From the NCBI GenBank assembly GCA_018374635.1, contig JAHAEW010000004.1:11007-75006 (forward strand): a stretch of 64,000 nt of DNA. The letters are read 5' to 3'. Positions 18,997-27,437 of the stretch are shown here, piece after piece. Source of the DNA: Clostridiales bacterium. GTDB lineage: Bacteria > Bacillota > Clostridia > Oscillospirales > Oscillospiraceae. Positions within the stretch are counted from its first letter, which is position 1; each line of letters opens with the position of its first letter. Both the position numbers and the translations under genes were made by a program. The notes under the pieces were generated by a model. That model had not been told where the DNA came from and ran no database searches. It was given only the letters and a program-made list of their open reading frames with translations.

Positions 18997-20060
18997 GTCA
19001 GCGGCTGGTAAGCCTCCACCTCGATCTCATCAAATGTGGCCATCTCCCGATAGACCGCAAGAGCCATATCCAGCAGAGGCATGACCGCCGCCGCCCCGGT
19101 CCCCTCCCCCAGGCACATCTTGGCCCGCAGGAAAGGGGTCAGGCCAAGGGTCTCCAGCAGCAGCTCCCCGGCGGGCTCGGCCGAGACATGGCTGGCCAGC
19201 AGGTAATCCCCCGCAGCCGGACACAGCCGCACGGCGCACAGGGCGGCGGCGGCCGAGATGAATCCATCCACCAGCACAGGCACCCGGCAGGCCGCCCCCC
19301 CCAGAAAGACCCCCGCCAATCCGGCCAGGTCCAGCCCCCCCACCTTGGAGAGCACGTCCACCGGGTCGGCGGGATCGGGCCGGTTCACCGCCACGGCCCG
19401 GCAGATGGCGTCCACCTTGCGCGCCAGCCCCTCCGAAGAGAGGCCCGCGCCCCGGCCGGTGACCGTCTCCGGCTCCACGCCCAGGAGCGCCGAGACCACG
19501 GCGGAAGATGCGGTGGTGTTGCCGATCCCCATCTCCCCGGTGCCCAGAAGTTTTACGCCGGACGCACACAGCTCCCGGGCGATCTGGATGCCGGTCTCGA
19601 TGGCCCGGATGCAGGTCTCCCGGTCCATGGCCGGCTCCCGGGTCATGTTGCGGGTCCCCCGCATGAGGTTGCGCGGAAGGATGCGCGCCCCCTCCACCGG
19701 ACGGGCCACGCCGATATCCACCGGGACCAGCTCGGCCCCGGCCACCCGGGCCATGCAGCAGACGCTGGTGTCCCCCTTGGACATGTTCTCCGTGACAATG
19801 GCGGTGACCTCCTGCCCGGTCTGGGTCACCCCCTCGGCCACCATGCCGTGGTCGGCGCACATGACCACGATGGCCCGGCGGCCCAGGTCCACGTCCGGAC
19901 TCCCGCCCATGGCCGCGATGCGCACCACCGCATCCTCCAGAAGGCCCAGGCTGCGCAGCGGCTTGGCGATGGAATCCCACCGGCGGCGGGCGGCCCGGGC
20001 CGCCCGCTCATTGGCAGGCGTGATCTCTCGTATGGTCTTCTCCAACAGTCCCATGTTCAT
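18993..20060 (-). CDS. cobT: Nicotinate-nucleotide--dimethylbenzimidazole phosphoribosyltransferase
   Basis: 355 aa. CADHGMVAEGVT...GEMGIGNTTASSAV, CobT family. Confidence 0.85.
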   Translation of the reverse strand: MNMGLLEKTIREITPANERAARAARRRWDSIAKPLRSLGLLEDAVVRIAAMGGSPDVDLGRRAIVVMCADHGMVAEGVTQTGQEVTAIVTENMSKGDTSVCCMARVAGAELVPVDIGVARPVEGARILPRNLMRGTRNMTREPAMDRETCIRAIETGIQIARELCASGVKLLGTGEMGIGNTTASSAVVSALLGVEPETVTGRGAGLSSEGLARKVDAICRAVAVNRPDPADPVDVLSKVGGLDLAGLAGVFLGGAACRVPVLVDGFISAAAALCAVRLCPAAGDYLLASHVSAEPAGELLLETLGLTPFLRAKMCLGEGTGAAAVMPLLDMALAVYREMATFDEIEVEAYQPLT

Positions 20061-21427
20061 CCCTCATTCTCCCCATGATATCTGGCACAGGCGGCCACGA
20101 ATCGCTTCGCCGCCTGTTGACAGCCGCAAAAATGTACATGTGGAAATCCCGCGTAGAGGGTGGGCGTATGCCAGGCGCAGTCCCACCCCCGCTTGCTCCT
20201 TGGCTTCTGGGCGTGGAAATCCGCGCCGGGACGGCCGCTCTCCCAGTAGTGGAACTCGTGGGCCGGAAGGCTCTCCCCCGCCTCGCAGAGCAGGCCCTCG
20301 GTCCGGGCCGTCAGCGTGATATAGCCAAAGCGTCCCAGCTTCCCCCGGTTCCAGGCCGCGGCGGGCAGGGCCCCCGCCAGGGGGCGGTCCACCCCGTCCG
20401 CGTCGGAGAGGGTCCGGTGAAGGTAGAGAAAGCCCCCGCACTCGGCCACGGTGGGCATCCCGCCGTTCACCGCAAGGCGCACCGCCCGGCGCATGGCGGT
20501 ATTGTTGGCCAGCGCCGCCCCGTAGAGCTCGGGATAGCCGCCTCCCAGGTAGAGCCCGGCGCACCCCTCCGGAAGTCCCTCGTCCCGCAGCGGGGAGAAG
20601 TTAACCAGCTCGGCCCCCAGTTCCTCCAACAGCTCCAGGGCATCGGCGTAGTAGAAGCAGAAGGCCTCGTCCCGGGCCACGGCGATACGGGGCCGGGCCG
20701 AATGGGAAGCGGGGATGTTCTCCTCTTCCGCCGGCAGGGGGTGAGCGGAGCGGGCCAAGGCCAGAAGGCCGTCCAGGTCCACGCTCTGCTCGGCCTGGGC
20801 GGCCAGGGCAGAGAGCTTCCCCCGCAGGCCGGACACCTCCGCGGCCGTGATGAGGCCCAGGTGTCGGCTCTCCAGGGAGGCGTCTGGCAGGACCGGGAGA
20901 TAACCGTAGACCGAGATGCCGGTCTCCTCCTCCACACAGGCCTTCAGGGCGGGGTAGAACATAGGGGAGACCCGGTTGAAGAGCACCCCGCAGATGCCGT
21001 GTTCCCCCTCCAGAGCGCAAAAACCCTTCACTACCGCCGCCAGAGAGCGGGCCGCCCCCCGTCCGTCCACCACCAGCACCGCCGGCGTGGCGGTCCGTCG
21101 GGCCAGATCCCAGGCGCTGAGCTCACTGGAGAGGGCCGCGCCGTCATAGTAGCCCATGGCCCCCTCCAGGATGGCGGGTCCGTGGCCGGCGCAGTTCTGA
21201 CGCAGAGAGCGGCGCACCGCCCGTTCCCCCATCAGAAAGAGGTCCAGGTTGCGGGATGGCACTCCCAGCACCTCCGCGTGGAACATGGGGTCGATGTAGT
21301 CCGGCCCCGACTTGAAGGCCACCGGGTCCAGCCCCCGGTTTACCAGGGCCTGGAGCACGGCGCAGGTCACCGTGGTTTTGCCGCACCCGCTGGCGGGGGC
21401 GGCAAAGAGCAGGCGGGGAGGATTCAT
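20057..21427 (-). CDS. cbiA: Cobyrinate a,c-diamide synthase
   Basis: MNPPRLLFAAPASGCGKTTVTCAVLQAL (P-loop) plus a C-terminal GATase domain. The start is at the internal ATG at 21427. Confidence 0.85.
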   Translation of the reverse strand: MNPPRLLFAAPASGCGKTTVTCAVLQALVNRGLDPVAFKSGPDYIDPMFHAEVLGVPSRNLDLFLMGERAVRRSLRQNCAGHGPAILEGAMGYYDGAALSSELSAWDLARRTATPAVLVVDGRGAARSLAAVVKGFCALEGEHGICGVLFNRVSPMFYPALKACVEEETGISVYGYLPVLPDASLESRHLGLITAAEVSGLRGKLSALAAQAEQSVDLDGLLALARSAHPLPAEEENIPASHSARPRIAVARDEAFCFYYADALELLEELGAELVNFSPLRDEGLPEGCAGLYLGGGYPELYGAALANNTAMRRAVRLAVNGGMPTVAECGGFLYLHRTLSDADGVDRPLAGALPAAAWNRGKLGRFGYITLTARTEGLLCEAGESLPAHEFHYWESGRPGADFHAQKPRSKRGWDCAWHTPTLYAGFPHVHFCGCQQAAKRFVAACARYHGENEG

Positions 21428-22626
21428 TCCGCTCCCCCCGTTCCGCTGATGAGCCACACCGGATTCTGGGCCTCCATCATGTGGTAGCTCCCCGCCTTCC
21501 GGGTGCGGGTGACCGCCACCTGGACCAGGTCCACATCCTGAAAATGCAGCTCCTCAAAGGCGGACACCGCCTCCTGGAGGGTCTCCAGGGTCACGGCCGA
21601 CACCACCGCCCGGAGGTCGGGGCGTTTGTCCAGAGCGGCGGCCAGGATGGCCCGCAGGGCGCCCCCGCTCCCCCCCACAAAGACCCGGTCGGGAGGCGGC
21701 AGTTCCGCCAGGGCCTCGGGGGCGGTCCCGGGCACTGCTATCACGTTGGAGGCCCCCAGGACGGCGGCGTTCTGAGCGATGAGCTCCAGGCCCTCGCTCC
21801 GCCGCTCCACCGCGTAGACCACTCCGGCCGGGGCGGCCAGGGCGCACTCCACCGACACCGAGCCGGTGCCCGCCCCCACGTCCCAGATCACGCTCTCCCG
21901 CTCCGGACGGAGCTTGGAGACCACGAGGGCGCGGACCTCCTCCTTGGTCATGGGCACCTTTCCCCGCTGAAAGGCGCTGTCGGGCAGACCGGGCGCGGCG
22001 GCGGATCGCTCCACCGGGTGGGGATGCTCGGCCAGCAGCACGGCGAGATCGGCAAACTCCTCCCCCGCCAGGGACTGGGCCGTCCCGGCACAGATGCGCT
22101 CCTCCGGGTAGGAGAGCCGCTCCCCAACCCAGATCCGCACATCACCCAAGCCCCGGCTGCACAGCTGCGCACACAGGTCCTGGGCCCGGGTCTCACCTCC
22201 CGTGAGAACAAAGGTGCGCCGGTGGCTCTGAATCTCCCCCACCGCGTTGTGGGTACGTCCATGGGCGCTCACCCAGTGGACATCCTGCCAGGTGGTGTTG
22301 AGCCGGGCGCAGAAGTAAGAGAGAGAGGAGATGCCCGGGATGGTATGTACCTCGTACCCCTCCAGCAGGGGCCAGAGCGCCTTTGCCCCGCTGTAAAAGC
22401 CCGTATCTCCGGAGAGGAGGACGGCCGCCGGGCCGTCGCTCTCCCCTTCCAGGGCGGCGAGGATCTCCCGCGGGCGGATGAGGGGATGAGCCGGTTTCTC
22501 CCCGCTCCAGGGCTCCAGCAGCCGGGGGGCGCCCAGGAGCACCCGGCTCTCCTCGATGGCCCTCCGGGCCTCCCCGGTGAGGGTGTCCGGATTTCCCATG
22601 CCCACGCCGATCAGATAGACTTTCAT
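21424..22626 (-). CDS. cbiET: Cobalt-precorrin-6B C5,C15-methyltransferase (decarboxylating), CbiE-CbiT fusion
   Basis: MKVYLIGVGMGNPDTLT starts the precorrin methylase domain. The C-terminal half holds a class I SAM methyltransferase (VIWDVGAGTGSVSVE). Start at the internal ATG at 22626. Confidence 0.8.
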   Translation of the reverse strand: MKVYLIGVGMGNPDTLTGEARRAIEESRVLLGAPRLLEPWSGEKPAHPLIRPREILAALEGESDGPAAVLLSGDTGFYSGAKALWPLLEGYEVHTIPGISSLSYFCARLNTTWQDVHWVSAHGRTHNAVGEIQSHRRTFVLTGGETRAQDLCAQLCSRGLGDVRIWVGERLSYPEERICAGTAQSLAGEEFADLAVLLAEHPHPVERSAAAPGLPDSAFQRGKVPMTKEEVRALVVSKLRPERESVIWDVGAGTGSVSVECALAAPAGVVYAVERRSEGLELIAQNAAVLGASNVIAVPGTAPEALAELPPPDRVFVGGSGGALRAILAAALDKRPDLRAVVSAVTLETLQEAVSAFEELHFQDVDLVQVAVTRTRKAGSYHMMEAQNPVWLISGTGGAE

Positions 22627-23369
22627 GGCCGCTGCGCCTCCCAGTTCCTTTGAAATTCCGCCAGCGTCTCCCCCCGCTCCCGGGTGGGACGCTCCACCAC
22701 GATCAGCCGGCAGCCCGTGTCCCGGGCCGCCGCGCACTTCTCTTCAAATCCTCCGGCCGCACCGCTCTCCTTGGTCACCAGCACGGAGATATCCAGCTGC
22801 CGGATCACGGCCCGGTTGAGCTCCGCCGAAAAGGGCCCCTGCATGGCGATGATCTGTTTCGGTGGAAACCCCGCTGCCTGACAGGCCTCCAGAGAGGACA
22901 CGCTGGGCAGCACCCGGGGATAGCATCGCTCCCGCAGCCCTGGCTGGGCGAAGGGAGCGAGCTCCTTGCTGCCCGTGGTGAGCAGGATGTTCCCCGGCAG
23001 CTCCCGGCACAGCTTGGCGGCGTCGGTCAGGCTGGCACAGCGCAGGAAGTCCCCCGCCCCCTCTTCCGCCCGAACGATCCGCCGGTAGGGCAGGTCCAGC
23101 TTCTCACAGCAGGCGCGGATCTGGGCGGTGACCTGTACGGCATAGGGGTGGGTGGCGTCGGCCACGCAGCAGAAGGGGCGGCTTTTCATCAGCTCCTCCA
23201 TTCCTGCCGCGTCCAGCCGTCCGGTGTGGACCGCGATCCCCTCCCCCTCGGGCAGGAGTGTGGCCCCGTAGTCGGTGGCCACACAGACGGTCACCCGGCA
23301 GTCCCGCTGGGCCAGCCACAGGGCCAGCTCCCGGCCCTCCGTGGTGCCGCCAAAGAGCAGGACCTCCAT
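22623..23369 (-). CDS. cbiJ: Cobalt-precorrin-6A reductase
   Basis: MEVLLFGGTTEGRELA..., CobK/CbiJ family, about 248 aa. Start at the internal ATG at 23369. Confidence 0.8.
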   Translation of the reverse strand: MEVLLFGGTTEGRELALWLAQRDCRVTVCVATDYGATLLPEGEGIAVHTGRLDAAGMEELMKSRPFCCVADATHPYAVQVTAQIRACCEKLDLPYRRIVRAEEGAGDFLRCASLTDAAKLCRELPGNILLTTGSKELAPFAQPGLRERCYPRVLPSVSSLEACQAAGFPPKQIIAMQGPFSAELNRAVIRQLDISVLVTKESGAAGGFEEKCAAARDTGCRLIVVERPTRERGETLAEFQRNWEAQRP

Positions 23370-23370
23370 C

Positions 23371-24105
23371 TCACATCCCCCGCTGGAGGTAGCCCCGGGG
23401 GGTGACCATCTTTCCGCCGATGAGGCAGGTCTGCCGGTTGCCCACAAAGACCGTGGTAAACATGTCCACCTGGGTCTCCCGCAGCTGGGCAAGGGTGCAG
23501 GTATGGGCCTCCTCCCCGGCGCGGCCGATGTTGCGGACATAGCCGCACACGGTATCCGGGCTCTTCTCCTCCAGCAGGATGTCACAGGCCCGCTGGAGAT
23601 AGTCGGCCCGGCTCCGGCTGGAGGGATTGTAGAGGCAGAGCACAAAGTCGGCCCGGGCCGCCAGGCGCAGGCGATTTTCGATGGTCTCCCAGGGAGTCAT
23701 CAGGTCGGAGAGGGAGACCACTGCAAAGTCGTGGGTCAGGGGCGCGCCCAGTACGGCGGCTCCCCCACAGGCGGCGGTGATACCGGGGACCACCTCGATC
23801 TCGATGGGCGGATAGTCCCGGGATACCTCGTACACCAGGGCCGCCATACCGTACACCCCCGAGTCGCCGGAGCAGACCAGGGCCACATCCCGGCCGGCCG
23901 CTGCCTCCTCCACCGCCATACGGCAGCGGTCCACCTCCCGGCGCATACCGGTGGAGCGGCGCTCCTTGTCGGGGAACTGCCCCTCCAGCAGGGCGATATA
24001 GGCGGTGTAGCCCACGATCAGGTCGCAGCGCTCCAGCGCCTCCACGGCCCGCCCGGTCAAATCGGCCCCGGCGCCGGGGCCCAGTCCTATCACAGTCACT
24101 CGCAT
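23371..24105 (-). CDS. cbiH: Cobalt-factor III (precorrin-3B) C17-methyltransferase
   Basis: MRVTVIGLGPGAGADLTGRAVEALE...VCSGDSGVYGMA, precorrin methylase family. Confidence 0.8.
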   Translation of the reverse strand: MRVTVIGLGPGAGADLTGRAVEALERCDLIVGYTAYIALLEGQFPDKERRSTGMRREVDRCRMAVEEAAAGRDVALVCSGDSGVYGMAALVYEVSRDYPPIEIEVVPGITAACGGAAVLGAPLTHDFAVVSLSDLMTPWETIENRLRLAARADFVLCLYNPSSRSRADYLQRACDILLEEKSPDTVCGYVRNIGRAGEEAHTCTLAQLRETQVDMFTTVFVGNRQTCLIGGKMVTPRGYLQRGM

Positions 24106-25148
24106 GGTGTTTCCTCTCCTTCTTCAAATGAGACGGCCCATGGCCGCCGGGCCACCGCAACGGTGACCCCGTCCGCCGCCCGCTTGGGGACCAGCAGTTT
24201 TCCCCCCGCCCGCACGGCGGCACGCTCGCAGACATTGTCCACCCCGGTCACCGAGCGGACAAAGGAGGAGGGGGTAAACGCTCCGGGCGTCTCGGCCAGC
24301 TCCTCCGCCGTCCAGACCCGCAGAGACAGTTCCCGCGTCCGGCAGAACTCCAGCAGCCCCGTCTCTTCCTTCTTGAGGTCGATGGTGCTCACCTGGAACA
24401 CCGCACGGGGATGGAGCCGGAAGGCCCTCAGGGTCCCCTCCACCGCCCGGGCAATGGCGTCGGCGCTGGTTCCCCTCCGGCAGCCGATGCCCAGGGTGAG
24501 CACCGGCGGGACGAGGCGCAATGTCACCGGGTATGGTGCCTTTTCCGCGTCCGCGGTCAGGGCAATCCCCACCTCAGACGGCTCGGAAGAGAAGCCATCC
24601 GGCCACTCTCCCCGTATAGTAAAATCACTTTGCACCCCTACGGAATCCCCTGCCAGAAGGGCGGCAGACACCCGTTTGGCCGCTGTTTTACTGTCAATGT
24701 ATAGTCCTTTACACTTTGCCCAGCTGTCCACCGCGAAGCGGCCGTTCACATCGGTGGCGGTGGAGATGGCTGCCGTGCCGCCCGTGAGCCGGGCCGCCCG
24801 GCGGGCCAGGTCATTGGCCCCGCCCACATGGCCGGAGAGGAGTGGGACCACCCAAGCCCCTCCCTCGTCCACACTGACCACGGCGGGGTCGGCATACTTG
24901 TCCCTCACCCAGGGGGCAATGGCCCGGACCGCGATGCCGCAGGCCCCCACGAAGAGGAGGCCCTCACAGTCGGCAAAGCGCGCTCCCGTCCAGGCGGTCA
25001 AACACTCGTAGGAGGCTGTCCCCAGCTCCTGGGCCAGCCGCACCGGGAGGGCCAGAGTCACCTCCTCCCCCTGTTCCTCCAGTGCCCGGGCCAGGGAGTG
25101 GGCCAGACCATATCCCCGGCGGGTGAAGGCGGTGAGGGCCAGTCTCAT
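24096..25148 (-). CDS. cbiG: Cobalt-precorrin-5A hydrolase
   Basis: 350 aa. CbiG N- and C-domains (LTLGIGCRRG...). Confidence 0.75.
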   Translation of the reverse strand: MRLALTAFTRRGYGLAHSLARALEEQGEEVTLALPVRLAQELGTASYECLTAWTGARFADCEGLLFVGACGIAVRAIAPWVRDKYADPAVVSVDEGGAWVVPLLSGHVGGANDLARRAARLTGGTAAISTATDVNGRFAVDSWAKCKGLYIDSKTAAKRVSAALLAGDSVGVQSDFTIRGEWPDGFSSEPSEVGIALTADAEKAPYPVTLRLVPPVLTLGIGCRRGTSADAIARAVEGTLRAFRLHPRAVFQVSTIDLKKEETGLLEFCRTRELSLRVWTAEELAETPGAFTPSSFVRSVTGVDNVCERAAVRAGGKLLVPKRAADGVTVAVARRPWAVSFEEGEETPCE

Positions 25149-25903
25149 GGTTCGCTTCCCTTCCGGCAGCCGTGGGTAAAGGCCGGGTCATAGAGCTTGG
25201 AGCGCTCGTAGTCCTCTCCCAGGAAGCGCCCCACGGTGATGAGGGCAGTCTTGGTGACGCCATGGACGCGGGCGGTCTCCGCCAGGGTGGAGACCGTGCA
25301 GCGGAATACCCGCTCCTCCGGCCAGGTCGCCTTGTAGACAATGGCCGCCGGGGTGTCGTGGGCATATCCTCCGGCCATCAGCTCCCGCTCCACCTCCTCC
25401 AGCAAACCCGTGGAGAGGAAGAGCACCATGGTGCAGCCGTGGCTGGCCATCTTGCGCAGCGCCTCTCCCTCGGGCACCGGCGTGCGCCCCGCCATGCGGG
25501 TGATGATCACGCTCTGGGAGACGTCGGGCAGGGTGTACTCCGCCTGAAGCGCGGCCGCCGCTCCGGAAAAGGAGGAGACGCCCGGCGTCACGTCATAGGA
25601 GATCCCATCGGCGTCCAGGGCGTCCATCTGCTCCCGGATGGCCCCGTAGAGGGAGGGATCTCCCGTATGCAGACGCACGGTGGTTCTGCCCGCCGCCTCC
25701 GCCTCCCGCATGACAGCCAGGACCTCCTCCAGCGTCATGGAGGCGCTGTCGTAGACCTGGCATCCCTCTCTGCGGTACTCCAGCAGGGCCGGATTGACCA
25801 GACTCCCCGCGTAGATGATCACGTCGGCCTCCCCCAGGAGGCGGGCCCCCCGGACTGTGATCAGGTCGGCCGCGCCCGGTCCGGCGCCAATAAAATGGAT
25901 CAT
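25145..25903 (-). CDS. cbiF: Cobalt-precorrin-4 C11-methyltransferase
   Basis: MIHFIGAGPGAADLITVRGARLL...HTGDPSLYGA. Confidence 0.85.
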   Translation of the reverse strand: MIHFIGAGPGAADLITVRGARLLGEADVIIYAGSLVNPALLEYRREGCQVYDSASMTLEEVLAVMREAEAAGRTTVRLHTGDPSLYGAIREQMDALDADGISYDVTPGVSSFSGAAAALQAEYTLPDVSQSVIITRMAGRTPVPEGEALRKMASHGCTMVLFLSTGLLEEVERELMAGGYAHDTPAAIVYKATWPEERVFRCTVSTLAETARVHGVTKTALITVGRFLGEDYERSKLYDPAFTHGCRKGSEP

Positions 25904-27054
25904 AAGGATTCTCCTTCCCCGCGCCTGTGGCGCGCCAGCAGTTTAGCGGCCCCCGGGGTCTGCCCCAGCAGGCCGAAGCGGTTGGAAAAAACCACCGCCT
26001 GAATTTCCATCTCCTCCCCCGCCCGGTTTCGGAGATTTTCATAGAGCGCCCCGGTCAGAGACGCCGTCACGTCCTCCCGCAGCCCCGCCTCTTCCAGACA
26101 GTCCAGGGCGGCGTCGGTAGTGGCCGCGGCAAAAACCTGCTCCACCAGTTTCCGGGGCGCACCGCACAGGGCGGCGTGGGCGGCCATAGTCTCCCGGCGG
26201 CCGTCCGCCGTCCGGGAGTGGGTGTTCATGGCGCCGCCGGCCACCTTTACCAGCTTGCCCAGATGTCCCACCAGCAGGAAGCTGGAAAAGCCCAGCCCAG
26301 CCGCGTGGTCGACGGCCGCGCCCAGGTAGTTGCTGCAGGAGATGCAGCCCCCGGTCTCCAGCCCCAGATGGTCCCGGGCGTAGTCCTCCCCGTAGTTGCC
26401 CGGCGTGACCAGCAGATGTCGCACCCCGGCGGCATGGGCCATGTCCAGTTCCAGAGTGATGGAATCCACCAGCGCCGCCTCGCTCATGGGGCGGACGATC
26501 CCGCTGGTCCCCAGAATGGAGATCCCTCCCTGGATGCCCAGCCGGGGATTGAAGGTCTTGCGGGCCAGCGCAGCCCCGCCGGGGACCGAGATGACCGCCT
26601 CCAGGCCGCCACTGGCTCCCGCTTCCCGCAGGGCTTCCGCAAGCTGCCCGGCGATCATCCGGCGGGGGGTGGAATTGATGGCCGCCGCGCCGGGAGGCTG
26701 GTCCAGCCCGGGCCGGGTCACCCGGCCCACACCTTCTCCCCCATCCACCCGCAGAGCGCCGTCGCCGCGCCGGGATACCCTGGCATAGATCCGCATGCCG
26801 TCGGTCACGTCCGGGTCGTCCCCGCCGTCTTTTTCCACGGCGCACATGGCCCAGTCCACCCCGGCGGACCAGTCCAGCAGCTCCACCCGCACCCGCACGC
26901 CCGCGGGGGTGTCGATCTCCACCCCGGCCGGACGGACGCCGGTCAGCAGGGCCTGGGCCGCTCCCCGGGCGGCTGCCGCGGCACATGTCCCGGTGGTATA
27001 GCCGCAGCGCAGCCGCTGCCGCCCTACCGGGATATAGTATTCCAGTTTCGGCAT
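25900..27054 (-). CDS. cbiD: Cobalt-precorrin-5B (C1)-methyltransferase
   Basis: MPKLEYYIP...LRCGYTTGTCAAAAA is the CbiD hallmark (anaerobic pathway). Start at the internal ATG at 27054 with RBS GGAGGTGGAG. Confidence 0.85.
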   Translation of the reverse strand: MPKLEYYIPVGRQRLRCGYTTGTCAAAAARGAAQALLTGVRPAGVEIDTPAGVRVRVELLDWSAGVDWAMCAVEKDGGDDPDVTDGMRIYARVSRRGDGALRVDGGEGVGRVTRPGLDQPPGAAAINSTPRRMIAGQLAEALREAGASGGLEAVISVPGGAALARKTFNPRLGIQGGISILGTSGIVRPMSEAALVDSITLELDMAHAAGVRHLLVTPGNYGEDYARDHLGLETGGCISCSNYLGAAVDHAAGLGFSSFLLVGHLGKLVKVAGGAMNTHSRTADGRRETMAAHAALCGAPRKLVEQVFAAATTDAALDCLEEAGLREDVTASLTGALYENLRNRAGEEMEIQAVVFSNRFGLLGQTPGAAKLLARHRRGEGESL

Positions 27055-27065
27055 GCTCCACCTCC

Positions 27066-27099
27066 ACAGAAAAAAGCCCGTCTCCAGAGGAGACGGGCC
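27066..27099 (-). terminator. Intrinsic terminator forming the expression platform of the upstream cobalamin riboswitch
   Basis: Minus-strand CCCGUCUCC-UCUG-GAGACGGGC followed by UUUUUUCUG, immediately before the cbiD RBS. Confidence 0.7.
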
Positions 27100-27119
27100 G
27101 CAGATCTGCACAGGCAAAC

Positions 27120-27318
27120 AGCGGCGCTCTCCACCTCAGAGCGACGTCAACCAAAAGGCGGTCTCCTGGCTTGCGCTTCATCCTCCGGCATCCCTTTTCG
27201 GCAGAGCCAATGGGTAATGACGCCTTTGTCCACGCTTACAGTAGAGGTAAGACTGCGCCGGATTTTCACCGGCTTCCCTTTTCAGCGGCGAGACCTCGCC
27301 GCACCTTTTGGCAGTTAC
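27120..27318 (-). ncRNA. Cobalamin (AdoCbl) riboswitch at the head of the cbi operon
   Basis: Minus-strand ...GCUGAAAAGGGAAGCCGGUGAAAAUCCGGCGCAGUCUUACCUCUACUGUAAGCGUGG...CAUUACCCAUUGGCUCUGCCGAAAAGGGAUGCCGGAGG... carries GGGAA / GGUGAAAAUCC / B12-box-like segments. It sits downstream of a sigma-70-like promoter. Confidence 0.8.
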
Positions 27319-27325
27319 TAGACAT

Positions 27326-27354
27326 TAGTATAACCATATCCCCGCAGAATGTAA
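27326..27354 (-). promoter_or_regulatory. Sigma-70-type promoter of the cobalamin operon (TTTACA-17-TATACT)
   Basis: Minus-strand tttaca...ttctgcggggatatggt...tatact lies directly after the HK stop and before the riboswitch. Confidence 0.5.
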
Positions 27355-27437
27355 AGTAGATTGTCTATTTTGTATACAGATTTCCCCATAAAAATATCCT
27401 GCGGACGGGGACAGCCTCCCATCCGCAGGACATATAT

